The notes under the pieces were generated by a model. That model was not told where the DNA came from. It did no database searches and was given only the letters and a program-made list of their open reading frames with translations. 64,000 nt of DNA from Azolla caroliniana (lineage: Eukaryota; Plantae; Polypodiophyta), in contig JBHGNT010000013.1 of the NCBI GenBank assembly GCA_043228905.1, forward strand, positions 11,656,001-11,720,000, written 5' to 3'. The position numbers and the translations under genes are program-made. Shown in pieces: positions 13,001 to 26,334 of this stretch. The stretch's first letter is position 1. Every line of letters starts with the position of its first letter.

Positions 13001-14181
13001 TGAGAAGCATCTTTGGTCCGGTGTCAAGTGGAACGACGCTCCGGAATCGACAACCCACGTTGTCTCGTCGCCGACAAGGTTTAACTCATTCTCCTCGATA
13101 ATGAGCATCAGTTCCTTTTCACTTGTCGCTCCTTTCTGATCCGGGCCTCGCCGATCCGAACCATTTCGGTCTAAACTCTTCTTCGAATCGGTTGTGCCCA
13201 TTTCTTTCTCTTTCCGGAAATGCCGACAGTTCTTCTGGAAGTGTCTCGGCTTCCTACAATAGAAGCACTTGAGCCTCCCCCTTGACTTTGACCTCGTCCC
13301 CAATTTTTCCCGGTTTTGGGGACTCTGATACCGGCCTCTTCCCCGGTTGTGGTCATCTTCCGTGACCAAGGCCTTCAGATCGGTTCCGGACTCTTGGTCC
13401 TTCTAGCGAGCTTCTTCATCTAGCAAGCTTGACTTTACCCTTGCTAGGGACAACTGTTTTCCTTCCGGCCCGGCATTGCCCAACGTGACAACTAACGTCT
13501 CCCAGCTATCTGGGAGGGAACCAAGCAGGAGCAATGCGAGTACCTCATCGGTGAGAGGTACTTCCAACGAGGTTGCTTGGTGTATTAGCCCCTGGAAGGC
13601 ATTCATGTGCTCCGCCATACTGGAGCCGTCTTAGTACCAGAGCCTCACTAGCTTCCGGAACACCGAAACCCGATTAACGGCATTCTTGTTCTGGAACATG
13701 ATGTTGATCTTCTCCTAGAGTTCATGAGCCTTGCTCTCTTCATTAAAGTTGTTTTACAGGCTCATGTCGATGAAGCACCGGATGTATGTCGTCGTCTTCA
13801 TGTGCATCACCTCCCACACTGTGGCATCAATCTTATTTGGTCTCTTGTCCCCGAACTAAACCGGAAACCAAAGATCTTTAACCACTAGCATATCCCTCAT
13901 CTTCGACTTCCACACTAAGTAGTTGGAGCCGGTGAGCTTGAACATGCCGCCGAACGATTCTTCCATTTGTCGTGTTGTTCGCTCTGATACCAATTCGTGG
14001 AGAATAATGCGGAATATAGCTCGGCCACTACCGAGTCTTGAACACTTCTCCTTGAGAATCAAACACAGAAATGGGAAGTAGGGAGTGAACGTACGTACAC
14101 ACGCAAGTTGATAGAGAGGACAAATGATGTTTACGTGGAAAACCCTGAATGGGAAAAACCACGGGAGTCCACAGACTCCGA

Positions 14182-15081
14182 TGTCGTGATGTTTTCGACA
14201 CATAGTACGAAACCACCCTCAAAAGAGAATAAAATAGTAGTCCAAATAAACTAATGTTGTTAAATCAACTATAGTAATAAATGAAAGGATAAAAAGTTAG
14301 AAGCGGTTTTCAAAAGTAGACAAAAGTAGAGAAAAAGATAGGAAAAGAAAAGCTAGTCGTGGATATGAGGAGCAAGGTCGAGTAAAAAGCTCGTAATTTC
14401 CTCGTCGAATGTCCAAATTAGAAAAGGAAAGATGCATAAGAAAGCTAACAAAAATATCTTTTTAAGAGTAGCTTGCATGTTAGATTTGACGTTATGGAAC
14501 AGAAATAGTGATAAAAAGAAAGGTCGACTCATATAGAGAAACTTTTGGGAAAAAGAAAGAAAGAAAGGAAGTAAGCAATCCTAAACCTATAAACTAGAGC
14601 TTATTTTAAGAAGAATGGAGGGAGGGGATTTGAAGAAGAAAAGATTTATGTTTCCTCTCTCATACTCTTATACCCTAAAAGAGGATAGAAAAAAAATCAT
14701 GTAACGAAATAGATCCATTATAGTGATGATTTGGTAATAAAAAGCTTTCCATGTTTCCTCTCTCATGATCTCTTTCTTTAAACTCTTCATATGTATAAGT
14801 AAAATTAAATGTTATTCATGCTTGCTTACTCTAAGACTTCTTACTCATAAGAATAATTATGTATTATTCAATCTCGCATAATCTCCTACTCGAAGATTTG
14901 CTTATGCATACATGTAATTAACTATTGTTCGATCTCTTATACTACCAATTTACTCTTATTAGAGGGAAATCTCTCGTCTTTAAGCTTAAAGTGCATTAAG
15001 CGTTAAGCCCTAAATCCTTCCGGTCCAGAACCTCGGCGGTTCTGCCTCACGATCTGCACTTATTGGCGGATTTTCACGACA
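14182..15081. mobile_element. 900-bp solo LTR inserted into the Copia 5' LTR
   Basis: Termini TGTCGTGA...TCACGACA and 4-bp TSD CCGA (14178-14181, 15082-15085). The empty site GACTCCGAACTATCAC is seen in the 3' LTR. Confidence 0.85.
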
Positions 15082-15498
15082 CCGAACTATCACTATATGA
15101 GAAAGGTACAATCAGAGACTCACAGGCAACGACCTCGAGCTCTGTTTCTTCGCCAAGCGGCGGTTACAACGGAATATCACTCTGTATCTCCTCTCTCGCT
15201 CTCTCTGTCACTATACAACAATATGAAAACTTTATACTATATAAAGTGATTGCCCTAAGTCATATTTATACTTATATGAACTTAGGGCTATTTACAAATA
15301 TAGCCTCAATAGGCTTACTCAACACATTTACAAGTATGTCTTCTCTTCCGGCTCTCACCGGGTCCATCCGATCCAGTTTCCGGATCTCTTCTGGTTCTCA
15401 CCGAGCCCTCTTTATTCATAATCGGATCCCATTTGGAGGGACCGATTTCCGAACAACACCTCCTTCCACCTTTCACCTACATTCTGATACCATACCAG

Positions 15499-16143
15499 TG
15501 TAATACACAATAACGCAGAAACAGAATACATAGTTTTACGTGGAAACCCTATTCGGGGAAAACCATGGGAACAGCGATCCACTATACAATGGAGAATATG
15601 AAGAAGACAGTATAAAAAAACTCTCTTTGCATAGAGTGTATAAGCCACACAGGGCTCTAGGCGTCTAAGCTCACACAGTTATGGTGTTGCTCTCTCTATC
15701 ACACACTCTCTCTTCTCTCTGCACTCTGCACTCTCAGCTACTACACAACTCTACACTATGTTAACCTGAAGTGTATTTATACTTATACACCTTATGTTCT
15801 ATTCACAAATTTAGTCCCTACTACTCTCACTTCTATTATTATACTAATAATAATAGCAGTTAATCAGTCGACTGATCGATTGGTCGATTCGACTAGCCGA
15901 CACCTGTGTCGACTGTCCAGTCGACTCGACTAGTCGGTCGTGTCTTCGACTTGGATCACTTACTATGTTGTCGACTCTTCATGTCGACTTTCTCTCAGTC
16001 GACTCTCCATGACATCGATGGTCGTCTCTCCGCCCGACTAGTCGGCTACTCCTTGTCTTCAAGTGTCGGCTCTCAGCCCGACCAATCGACTATTCCTTGT
16101 CTTCGACTGTTAGCTATCCCATAGGAGGGGCATATTCCTAACA
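15499..16143. mobile_element. Probable LTR (TG...CA) next to a PBS-like CTGATACCA and a Copia GAG-pre-integrase fragment (16144-16330)
   Basis: TGTAATAC...CCTAACA termini with a GTCGAC-rich segment. The right neighbour translates to LWHG*LGHMSQAGL. No TSD. Confidence 0.45.
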
Positions 16144-16332
16144 CCGTGAACGTAGCCGAATTGACTGACCCGAACCTATGGCATGGCTGACTCGGTCATA
16201 TGTCACAAGCCGGACTGGACCGGCTAATGGCGGTCGGCTACATTCTTATACTCTTGGCGAAGACGGACTTTTGCGAGCATTGTCGCTACCAGAAACAGTC
16301 CCGAAGTCCGCACTCCTTCCATTATGAGACGG

Positions 16333-17935
16333 TGTCGTGAAGGATTCCAACCATGTGCTCGTTCGCCAGAATCCGAAGACCAATCCGGATATGATACATG
16401 TCTGGGTCGCGCTCCAACAAGGTTATCCGGATCCGGATCATCCCTTCCCTCTTTACCAGCTCAGGACTGCACACCAGCGAAGTTATCGAAAAACGTTCCA
16501 AATAATCTCTCTTCGCTTTCGGCTCCTTGGTTTGAGACCCCGGGGGTCCCGCCCCGTTTCAACACATACGGAAATTTGCGACATCTTTGGTAAACCCAAC
16601 GTGAAAGGGGGGTCGGCAAAGGAGTTCGAAATGAGAGGAAGCGAGCTTGCGGAGGCAATGGCGGTAGTCGTCGACCATCTAGTGAATGCGCGTGAGAGCA
16701 TAGGTAGCCTCAATAGGGCCATAGAAATGATAGTCGGCACGATAGGCCGATTCAACGGAAAGGACATGACAAGCTACTTGGCAGCCAACCGGACCGGAAT
16801 GATAATGTTGGACATATCGGAGAACATACGGCTATCTGGATTTCCGTGAGTAGTGACACCAACCATCCACGCAGAGGTGCTCGAGATTCAAGCTAATTGC
16901 TAAAATTGATCGGAGCTTGAGGAGCGACTCCTCGAGAGATACGGCTTCGACGACTCGCTCCTATTGTCGAAGAAAGAGTTCATGGATTGGCTTGAGGGCG
17001 CCAACAAATGGAATACATCGGTGCTTCTTCAGGAGTTTGAGAAGCAATTCACGTGGCTCTCGACACTGGACCGGACCATGCTTGATACTAGCAAGGTCCT
17101 CTTGTTTATCAAGTCGGTTGATCCCCTCGATCAGGAAAAGATGGGTCTCTTGTTGGAGACGAATGAGGGACTCACAGCCGATTGGGCCATGGTCAAGAGA
17201 GTTTGCATCAGTTTTGACAAACGACAGGAATGGAATGAGACGGGGTTGTCAACAACTGGCCTGACTATCAGGAATAGGTTGGAGGAAATTCTAACTCGGT
17301 TGGAGGAAACAAGAAGGTGGCTTGAGTCGGGGCCGGTTCCAACCAACGTGGTTGACGGACCATCCGGGGGCGCACCTTTGGAGGAGCTCACAAAGATGAT
17401 GTGCGATCTCTAGATCACGCAAGCCCGGAGAGATGGTGGGGGTTAGTCGTGTGACCAGAGGCCTCTGAATTACCAAAGGTGCATGTGGTGGGATGTCGTC
17501 GATCACATCCAGAGAGAGTGCACCGATTTTGCCGAAGCATTCAAGAGCAATGTCGACTAGGCTCAACCGGCTCACAGGATAAGACGAAGTTCTCGAGCTT
17601 CCATCTAAGCTCGGAGATCGAGAAGACAACAAACCTGTGAAAGATCTTAGAGGAGTGAATCCTCGATGGTCCAGTGGAACTCACGCTGCGGGAAGTGTTA
17701 GGAATAGTGAACACAGAGTTCTACAACGGCATCATTGACCTCGTGAAGAGGAAGTGGCTCTTGACGGAGCCAGAACCAGAGAAGTTAGCCGAGGTGAAGG
17801 CGGCCCACGTCAAGGAGGTGGCAATGGAAGAAGAATGTCTGGATAGTCACTACATGAAGCCACACTAGGCAAGGGCGACAATGGAGACCCCAGTCCAGAT
17901 CAGGGATGTAAGGGAGTCAGTGGTGGCACTAATCT
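16333..17935 (+). mobile_element. 5' LTR (16333-16583), tRNA-Trp-like PBS and decayed gag-like region of an LTR retrotransposon
   Basis: TGTCGTGA...TTGCGACA termini, then TCTT-TGGTAAACCCAACGTGA. Broken ORFs include GRFNGKDMTSYL and RCMWW. Confidence 0.7.
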
Positions 17936-20900
17936 TCAATCTGACCGATTCAGACAAGCCGACCCGAATGACTAGCCAAATCAGGCTAGATACCGATTTT
18001 ACTTCTGCCTACTCGGCCATACGTCGATTGACTTGTAATTATAACTTTAGATTAAATTGTAATCTAGGTTTATGGGGGAGATAACCCCATATCATTGTAT
18101 GTAGAAAGAGTAGTCCTTTTACGGGGGAGTTTGTTGGCATAAAAGGCCGACTCCTTCCACTTTGTATCCTAGTGTGAACACGTCCCCTAGTTAGGGCTTG
18201 AGCATATAAGCTCAACCCTAACATTGTAATGACTCTCTTTGAATCTTCTTGAGTCTTGGAGTGTAAGAGTTATAGAGAGAGAAATAACAAAGCTTTCATT
18301 AAAGCTTCGACCTTGATCAATCTTTTGTCGTTCTTCTCATTTCAGTTTCTGTGTTGTTTGTTGTACATCATACAATAGGTCCTCACACACACACATACTT
18401 CCATACGTTCTTCCGCATAGTCGTACAGGAGGCAAAAGTTCTTGCTTCATACGACCAAACTCTTCTTCTCATCCGTCCACATACGTGGAGGCAGCAAGTT
18501 ACATTTCATTGTTGAACATATCTTCCACCTAGATCTCTATTATAAGCAACATTTCATTCTTGAACAAGTTGTAGTTATCAAGAGGAGTTCCAATTAGAAT
18601 GCAAACTTATTCTTAAAATGTGTTCAAGCATTACCTCTACCTCTTTCAAATCTTCCTTGACCAAAGTAAAATGTATTACTTTTGGTCTATTATAGTCCAT
18701 ATGATTGAAGGTGAACACTATTTCCAATCATATGAAGCACTCTTGTTTGTGGATTTCTTGGAATTCCACAAAAGATTCCAACGCACCACCATGTATGCTA
18801 CGCAAGGATGACACGCACAAATCAAGAAATAGTCCAAATTTGGTCCCATGGGTCAATATTGGCCTCTCTATGGACGCTAAAAATATCTATCCATCTATCT
18901 ATCTAGTAGCAATATCTTGTAGAATGGAGAAAATAAATAGATAGTTCTTTAACAAGAAATAAGCATAATAAATTTTATATCATTTTTTATGTTCAATTTC
19001 ACTCAATAATTTCTCTTGTGGTAATCTCTATTTGTATTTCTCTCATACTCCTTGTGCTTATACACTATGGTTGTCTACTGCATGCATGACATGTGGCATG
19101 ACGCTTATAAAACTTAGCTTAGTACAAATTTAATATATATTACATTTATAGCCAATGGCACTAAAACAAAAAAACCTTTGGTTGGATGCAAACCCACCTT
19201 TCTTTATGTTTATATGTTTTATTCAACAAACATGACCAACATAGAAGCATGTTGTAATGAGTCCAAACCCCTTGTCATTAAGAAAGCGATGTATTAAACC
19301 CCTATTTCTATTTTTTAGACAAGCGGTATGCTCTATTAAGGCACAAGTTGCATTGCCAAGCAATACCAATTGCGCATAACCTGCTAGATGTATTACAAGG
19401 TAGTGCCAATTGCACACATAATTCTCTGTGCTACCAAAAATATAAATCCTTTCTTCATTTTAAGTAAAATTACAATTGATGAAAACCTTATATGCAAACC
19501 TAATCAAGCAAAGACCTCAATGGATTTACTAATACAACAGGTTTTGCAAATGATTGCTCTTGTGGCAATTCCCCAATTCCAAAGCCTACTTCTTGAATAC
19601 TATATGACAATGAGAAATGGTTTTGCAGCCTATGGCATGTAGTAAAGAAGCCATTGTTAACTGTATAAACCATTTCTAGATTAGAATGAGTATTATGTGA
19701 AACCGAAAAACCATAGAAAGGTCAAAGTAATGACAAAATTGAATGACAAGAAGAGTGGATTATGAACCATTTCTCGATTATAAAGAGTAGTTTATGTGAA
19801 ACCTAAAAACCATAGAAATAACAAAATTGCACAACAAGAATACAACATGGAATTGGGACCATAATGTTGATCAATGCTTTCACAAAGGATCTTCCCAATG
19901 AAGTAAGAGAGGAGCATGTGTGGCCATGATATGGAAGGCATACCTTCAACAATATGTTTTGGATAAAAATAGCTTATGTCTTCAAATACTGACTTATTCA
20001 ATCTAACGTTAAAATAATAGCATTACTTGCTGAGGCACAATGCAAGGGTTATATAGTAGATATAAATATTAAGAGAAAAACTAAAACCATCACCAAACAT
20101 ATACTCCGATTTGCATGTATAAATTGCTTGTATTACATTGGTTTGCATGTATATGTTGCTCGCATTACATTCCACACAAGCTCCTCAGTTTACCAAATAT
20201 AAAGATTCAAACTAGGCTACTTTGCATACGATGATGGACTATGCCACACAAATAAGCTCTACTTACATTGGTTTCGAGAAGTGCCAAGAGAAATTCTTCC
20301 CGTTCACATAATCAAGAAAACCACAAGGACCATGTTCCTACAGAACAAGTTCTGGATGTTCGACACATTCCCTAACTATGCTAACTATAGAACAAATTAC
20401 ATGTAGTATGACGAGAAAATCTCGAGAATTTACAAAGACAAACAGCACTACTTATGTTTTTAAAGAGCTCGGGTAGAGCTTCAACTTCACTTCCTGTGAT
20501 TGGCACAAAAATAAGAGATCGTATTTCCTGCAAAAAAATTCTAACGAATTCAATCCTAGTCATAGAAAAAATAGGATTTGAGAAGATACACACAACTTCT
20601 CTTTGTGATAATTTAGGGAAAATGGAACACCACATGAACATAAGTCCATCCAAATAGTTCCCATGTCTGAAATGATCATACAGTATAATCAAAATGAAAT
20701 CCTGTTTTCAATTTATTTTTTCTTTGCTTACAGAAAAAACATTAGAATTGGCCATGGTGTTTCCACCAAAGATCTGAAGCGAACAGATCAACCAACCTTC
20801 TTTCTCTCTCGTGTGGAATCTAAAACTCAACTGTGTCCTTCAATATATGCAACATGAAAATGGAAATATTTTGATTACATTCAAAAGTGTCGATACAAAT

Positions 20901-21089
20901 AATTAACCGCATGAAGCTTTACTGTTGAATCATGCTTTTTTCCTTCTTCATTAACTGAAAAGAAAAGGAAGAATTCCCTTACACGACTGCATGAGATTTG
21001 GGGGCGTACGTTTCTGTTCTGTTTCGATTAGGGTTATGGTGGCAGATATGGGGCCCCCTTCTGTTCTGTTAAAATATGTCTGATTGGCA

Positions 21090-21970
21090 TTGCCTCGACA
21101 AAAGACAGACATGTATACGAAGGTACCCTACCTTATGTGAGATATGCCTTTCTCTACGACTACCCAAATTAGCAAAGCACAAGTTAAAAAAGGTTTCCTA
21201 AAGTAGAAACCTTGAATGTTCTCATCTAAACCTCTCACCTATGGCAATCCACAACCATTTGAACCGAACCGAACCGTTTAAACCGTTAAGCCGGTGTCCT
21301 CTTCTATCTGAATATGTCATCGCCTCAACAAAAACACAGACATACATACGAAGTGCACTATCTGATGTGATGTGAGATATGCCTTTCTCCAAGTCTACCC
21401 AAATTAGGAGGTCACAAGTTAAAAAAAGGTATCCTAAAATAGAAACTATGAATGTTCTCGTCCCAACCTAGCACCTATAGCAATCCAAACCAAACCAAAC
21501 CGTGAAACTACACCTTAAGAGCTTAATGTTTTAAACAGTTTGGTTCGATTCATGTTCAGGTTTTTTTAACATTTCAGTTCAGTTAGATGGTTTAAGGCTT
21601 CACCTTGATTATTTTTTTCTTAAATGTTTTTCTAAATAACCGTTTCTTTTTTAAGCCTAATTTTGACATTTTAGGGAAAATTATAAATTTTTTAATTAAA
21701 AATTTGAAATATTGAAAGATTTACCATTTTAAATTTGAAATTTGAAATTTGACCTAACTTGAAAATCGAAACCGAATTACGAAACTACGGTTTTAATGGT
21801 TTGAAAATCTCTAAATCCGTTTGGTTTGAGTTTGGGTTTTTTTTAACGGTTCAGTTTGAACTGTTTTGGTTTAAATTGTTTCATGGTTCGGTTTAAGTTT
21901 CAATTCCTTTTTAATATTCGGTTTTAAAAAGTTTGAGTTTGACACCCTCAAACTTAACCAAACTGTTGTT
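21090..21970. repeat. Diverged ~170-bp direct repeat plus AAACCG/CGGTT-rich subterminal-like remnant (probable hAT/MITE)
   Basis: 21090-21255 resembles 21320-21490. GAACCGAACCG and GGTTCGGTTT arrays resemble the ends of the hAT element at 48765. Confidence 0.45.
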
Positions 21971-21994
21971 GATTGCTACTCACCTACCTATTCA

Positions 21995-22054
<60 letters not shown>

Positions 22055-25000
22055 TATATAAATATGTATGTATGTATGCGTGTATGTATTAGATTAGATT
22101 AGATTAGATAGTAAAATTAATGAACGTTGTGATGATTTTATACCTTTTCGAATTCTATGCATTGTGTTGAGGTTCGTTAGCCCTTTGGCACATTCGCACT
22201 GACTATCATATGTCTAGATCATGAGAGGTTATGATGAGTGCATACTGGAGCATATGATATATGGAAAACCTCTCAAAGACCAACATCAACCAAACACACC
22301 TCTCTTTTCAAGCAATCTGCTTGCCGACTTATCCACACTTCTGTCTGAGATGAATAAATAACTGAAATGTGAAAGATGATATGTGGAGAGAATGAACTTC
22401 AAGATTTGGCATAGCCTTCATAAATCACTCGATATTTGTCTATCATGAGTCTTTACTCTTGTTTGTCTTATTACCATAGCATGTTCTTACTCAAGACAGA
22501 TTATGTGAGATGCAACTCAAAAATCTTGTTTGTGAATATAGGCTATAGCCTAGGGGTTATAACTTACAAGACGATGGGTTCGCAAGATGGACTAGTTATT
22601 TAACACGTTTTATTGTGAGTAGGCATCATTATCATCAATGGAAGCACCCAAGGTTCTACACTTCTATAGAGAAAAGTTATCTTCTTCACTATTGGTCACT
22701 TAATTCTTGGTGCGACGGAAACAATTATAGGCATATATATGACAAAACTGCATACAATAATATAATATTTTATATGTATAGATATAGATATATATAATGG
22801 CTTATTGAAATATATCTTTGGTTGGAGTCTAATAGTGTGGCACAATGTTTACCATCATGATGTTTTGTTCACCCTCAAGTCCCAATGAAACAATGTGTAC
22901 CCCACTTCCATCACAACTATTGTTTTTTCTCCACGTGCCTTCACAAAGCAATCAAGCATCTTGGTTATTTATTTGTTTTTTTACCTATATTCTCTTTCTA
23001 AACTCATTTTGCTGACAATTTGTGTGTCTTCTCTCTAGAATAGAACAAGGATCACATCTACATGATCAATTATTGTTGCCAACTATATCATCTCTTCAAC
23101 GATTCATGTTAGATTTCTCGAAATTACGTTGAGGATTGCATCCTTACGATCACTTTGTATTGATGGTAATCTTTGTGTAGTAAAAGATAATGTATGCCAT
23201 AAGTTATAACCTTGCTAGTTCTAATTACAATGACCGTAAAAGGCACCAACCTCTGAGAGAGGATAGAGAGTCGTGAACGATCTGACCACCTAATTTGATT
23301 CAAAATTTGACAATTTGCTTGCATCTCTTTAAGGTAGGTCACAATTTTCTTAACAAAAGCAGACTTAGACTCGATTAGAAAGTTTAGAGTGAATTTGTGA
23401 TTACATTTGTTCCTATCTCTAGATTATTGTTGATGCTTAGGTTGTTCATTTTCTAGATAGATTTCTTTAAGGGAGGCTGTGTATGTGAGTTTCTTCTAGA
23501 AGAAAGCGTTGTCAAGTCTTAAGTGTACCAAGCCAAATGATCGGGTTTAAATTCTCTTTGATGTTTGTGAGTGCCTTTGTGGCATCTTTAAAGTTTTTGC
23601 GACAACGTGCTCACTAAAGTTGTGACAGTAGTAAGTAATAGCCAACCTTCAAGGCTAGATAAAGCTGTAAAGATCATGTTGAGGGGAAGTTGACTTACAA
23701 GATTGATGGACAAGTGAATTCCTAAAATCAATATAAGAGGGAGCAAGGCCGCTTTTTGGTAGGTAGAATTTTTAAATAATCTTTTGCCTTAAAAACTCAA
23801 GAACTAAATCACTTGACGCAATTAAATACATTTCAATGCTCCAAACAACATTGTATTCCAGCCGAAATCTTCCTACAAAAATAATGTCCTCATCGAGGAA
23901 CTCTAAGCCTAGCACAATATGTATGTATATTTTAAAACCGTTTGCATTTAAGGACCATTGCTACTTGACCCATGATTTTGCATGAAGAACTACCTATATT
24001 TTGAGACTCCTGACATAACCTATGCTTAAGCCAGGAAAAAATAGAGGGCAAACAAATATCATACTAACATTTCTCAATTGAAGCTAAAAAATGTATAGCA
24101 AGCAGTGAAATCCGCAAACTATGGTGAGGTCACCTTTATTTGCATTATCCTCAAAAAGAAAGGTAAATGGATAAGATAATTACCACAAGTATGCAATGAG
24201 CCATGTGCAACTTTGAGGAATATGTAATCTACAAAACAATCTCATCAAAACTGCAAAAGGTTTCGCAAGTTTAACGCCTCTACAATGTACGTGATGTAAT
24301 GAATTTCCATTGGAGTAGATTGTCTTTTAGAATGTTCATATCAATTACTAAACCGAAAATGTCATCATTACCCTCCCCCCCTTCTTCAACATCTCTCATG
24401 GGTAATATTTAATGGGCCCACCTTTTGCATCTTTCAAGCTATTACTCTATGTCCTTGGTAAAAAAGTGCACATATATGTATAACATATGTACATCATATT
24501 TCAATATTTTTTGCAATTTCATTCTTCCACAAATCTATCAATCAATCAATCGAAGAGATGCAATAGCTATATATAATGTAAGCCAATGTTGAGATTGTGA
24601 TGAATGCTAATCTGCATTCCAATTGCAATAACATATAATAATTTATGACAAGAATTGTCATTATGATTAGTGGCAACGATAAATACTTAAGCATAGTGTC
24701 TAATGCTAATGACTACAATTACTTTGTTAACCACCGTATTTACACTCTCAATGCTCTAATCAACATAATTGGTGCTAGCCTAGCAAAGTAATTACTTAGA
24801 TATGCATGTTCTCTGATTACATCTCTCCAAGTGAGGATTGGTAGATCATAACCCACTCTTAATTAGGCACCCTACACCAAATTTAATAGCCGCATTTAGT
24901 AATCTATTCTTCTCATCGTCATGATAGTTAAAATTTCAAACACAATTTGTTATATCTAACCATTATATGATAGTATTTACTTGGCCTTAAAATTCAAGAA

Positions 25001-26334
25001 ATTTACCAATAAGTAAACATATAACTAAATTATGCACAATCTACATATAGCTACCAATCCAAACACCATAGTAATGTCATTGCATGCATAGGAACAATAA
25101 ATAATGACACTCAATAGACCTCATTCTTCTTTTAAAAAAATTCAAGAAATGAACACCAACCTCAAGGAGGAAAATCATACACGAGTAAATAACCAATATT
25201 TAAAAAGTAAAAAGAATGATAAGAAAGATGAAGATCTAGATCATGATGCTAATGTGTGGGTGTGTGTAAAATAACTCTAAAGTCACATAAAGAACCTATT
25301 TCCAAAGGACTTTCAAGGTCTAGACGACAAATTCATGGTGTACAAAATAGTACGCCTCCCGTTATGGTGAAGAATCCAACAAAACAAGAACGCTCTGGGT
25401 TCGGAAAATGGCACACAAAGCCTATAGAAGACATAACCAACATATGAACGTCACATCTTTGAAACAGTAGCAAAGACAAGGCAAAGGCGAAAGTTTGCAT
25501 GAGGCATGTTTACGAGGATCGGCTACCTAATTTATGACAATAATAAAAATGTGTGGGGAAGAAGAAACAACAAGTGTTTCCCATGCGGGGAGGGGTCGAA
25601 ATGTACATGAAAGGTTTTTTTGAAAGGGGGAGGAGCGAGTTTCTCATGCTTTTATTTTGTTATCATTGCTTGCAAGCACTCACTTATTATGGTTTCGGCA
25701 ATCGGGATCTATTGGTTTTTAAACACGAGAGGCAATTAGGCATTTTTATACATGTGGGAAACAGCTCTCTCACGTTCTGTTCTTTTCCATCTCGCGTACC
25801 TCCCACCATCCAATGTTAGGAACAATTAAGAGGCATCATGCCAATGACCAGCCGAGATACCGAGCACTTTTATTTATCGCGAGGAGGAGCGAGGGCCAAC
25901 AACAAACAAAGGTTGCGTGGAGACAATAAAATACATGTAGCAAGCTATATCGGCTGGCCGAGGACGGAGGAGGAGGAGGGGGCTTTAGGCCGTCCACAGG
26001 ATCAGATTCGATAAGCCGATCAGTTCGGGGTGGACAGAAGGATCAGTTGTGGGACTTGTAACATTGGCCCGTTCGTGTTCGTGTCAGGGGCATGACCGGA
26101 CAGGCGTGCGGAAGATGGATGGATATGTGGGTCCTCATCAGGTGCGAAGTGCTTCTCGACCCCCATAGAGAGACATACACACGCACACATGACCATGGAC
26201 ATGGATGGACACACATGACCAGAGGACCGGTTGACCGTGCGTGAGCATGACCATGACCATGACCGGGATGAGTGATGTAAGTACATAAAGAGATGGGAAA
26301 TGAGCAAGCAGAGCATGGATGGAAGGGAAGAGTT

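Larger units (their letters stand above)
8854..15455 (-). mobile_element. Full-length but degenerate Ty1/Copia (Tnt1-like) element
   Basis: 3' LTR 8854-9407; 5' LTR 13996-15455, split by an insertion. PBS-Met GCTCTGATACCA at 13981-13992. Order gag-PR(VVDSGAS)-INT-RT(YLDD)-RH, PPT at ~9901-9911. Flanks ACACA/ACACC (4/5 TSD). Confidence 0.9.
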
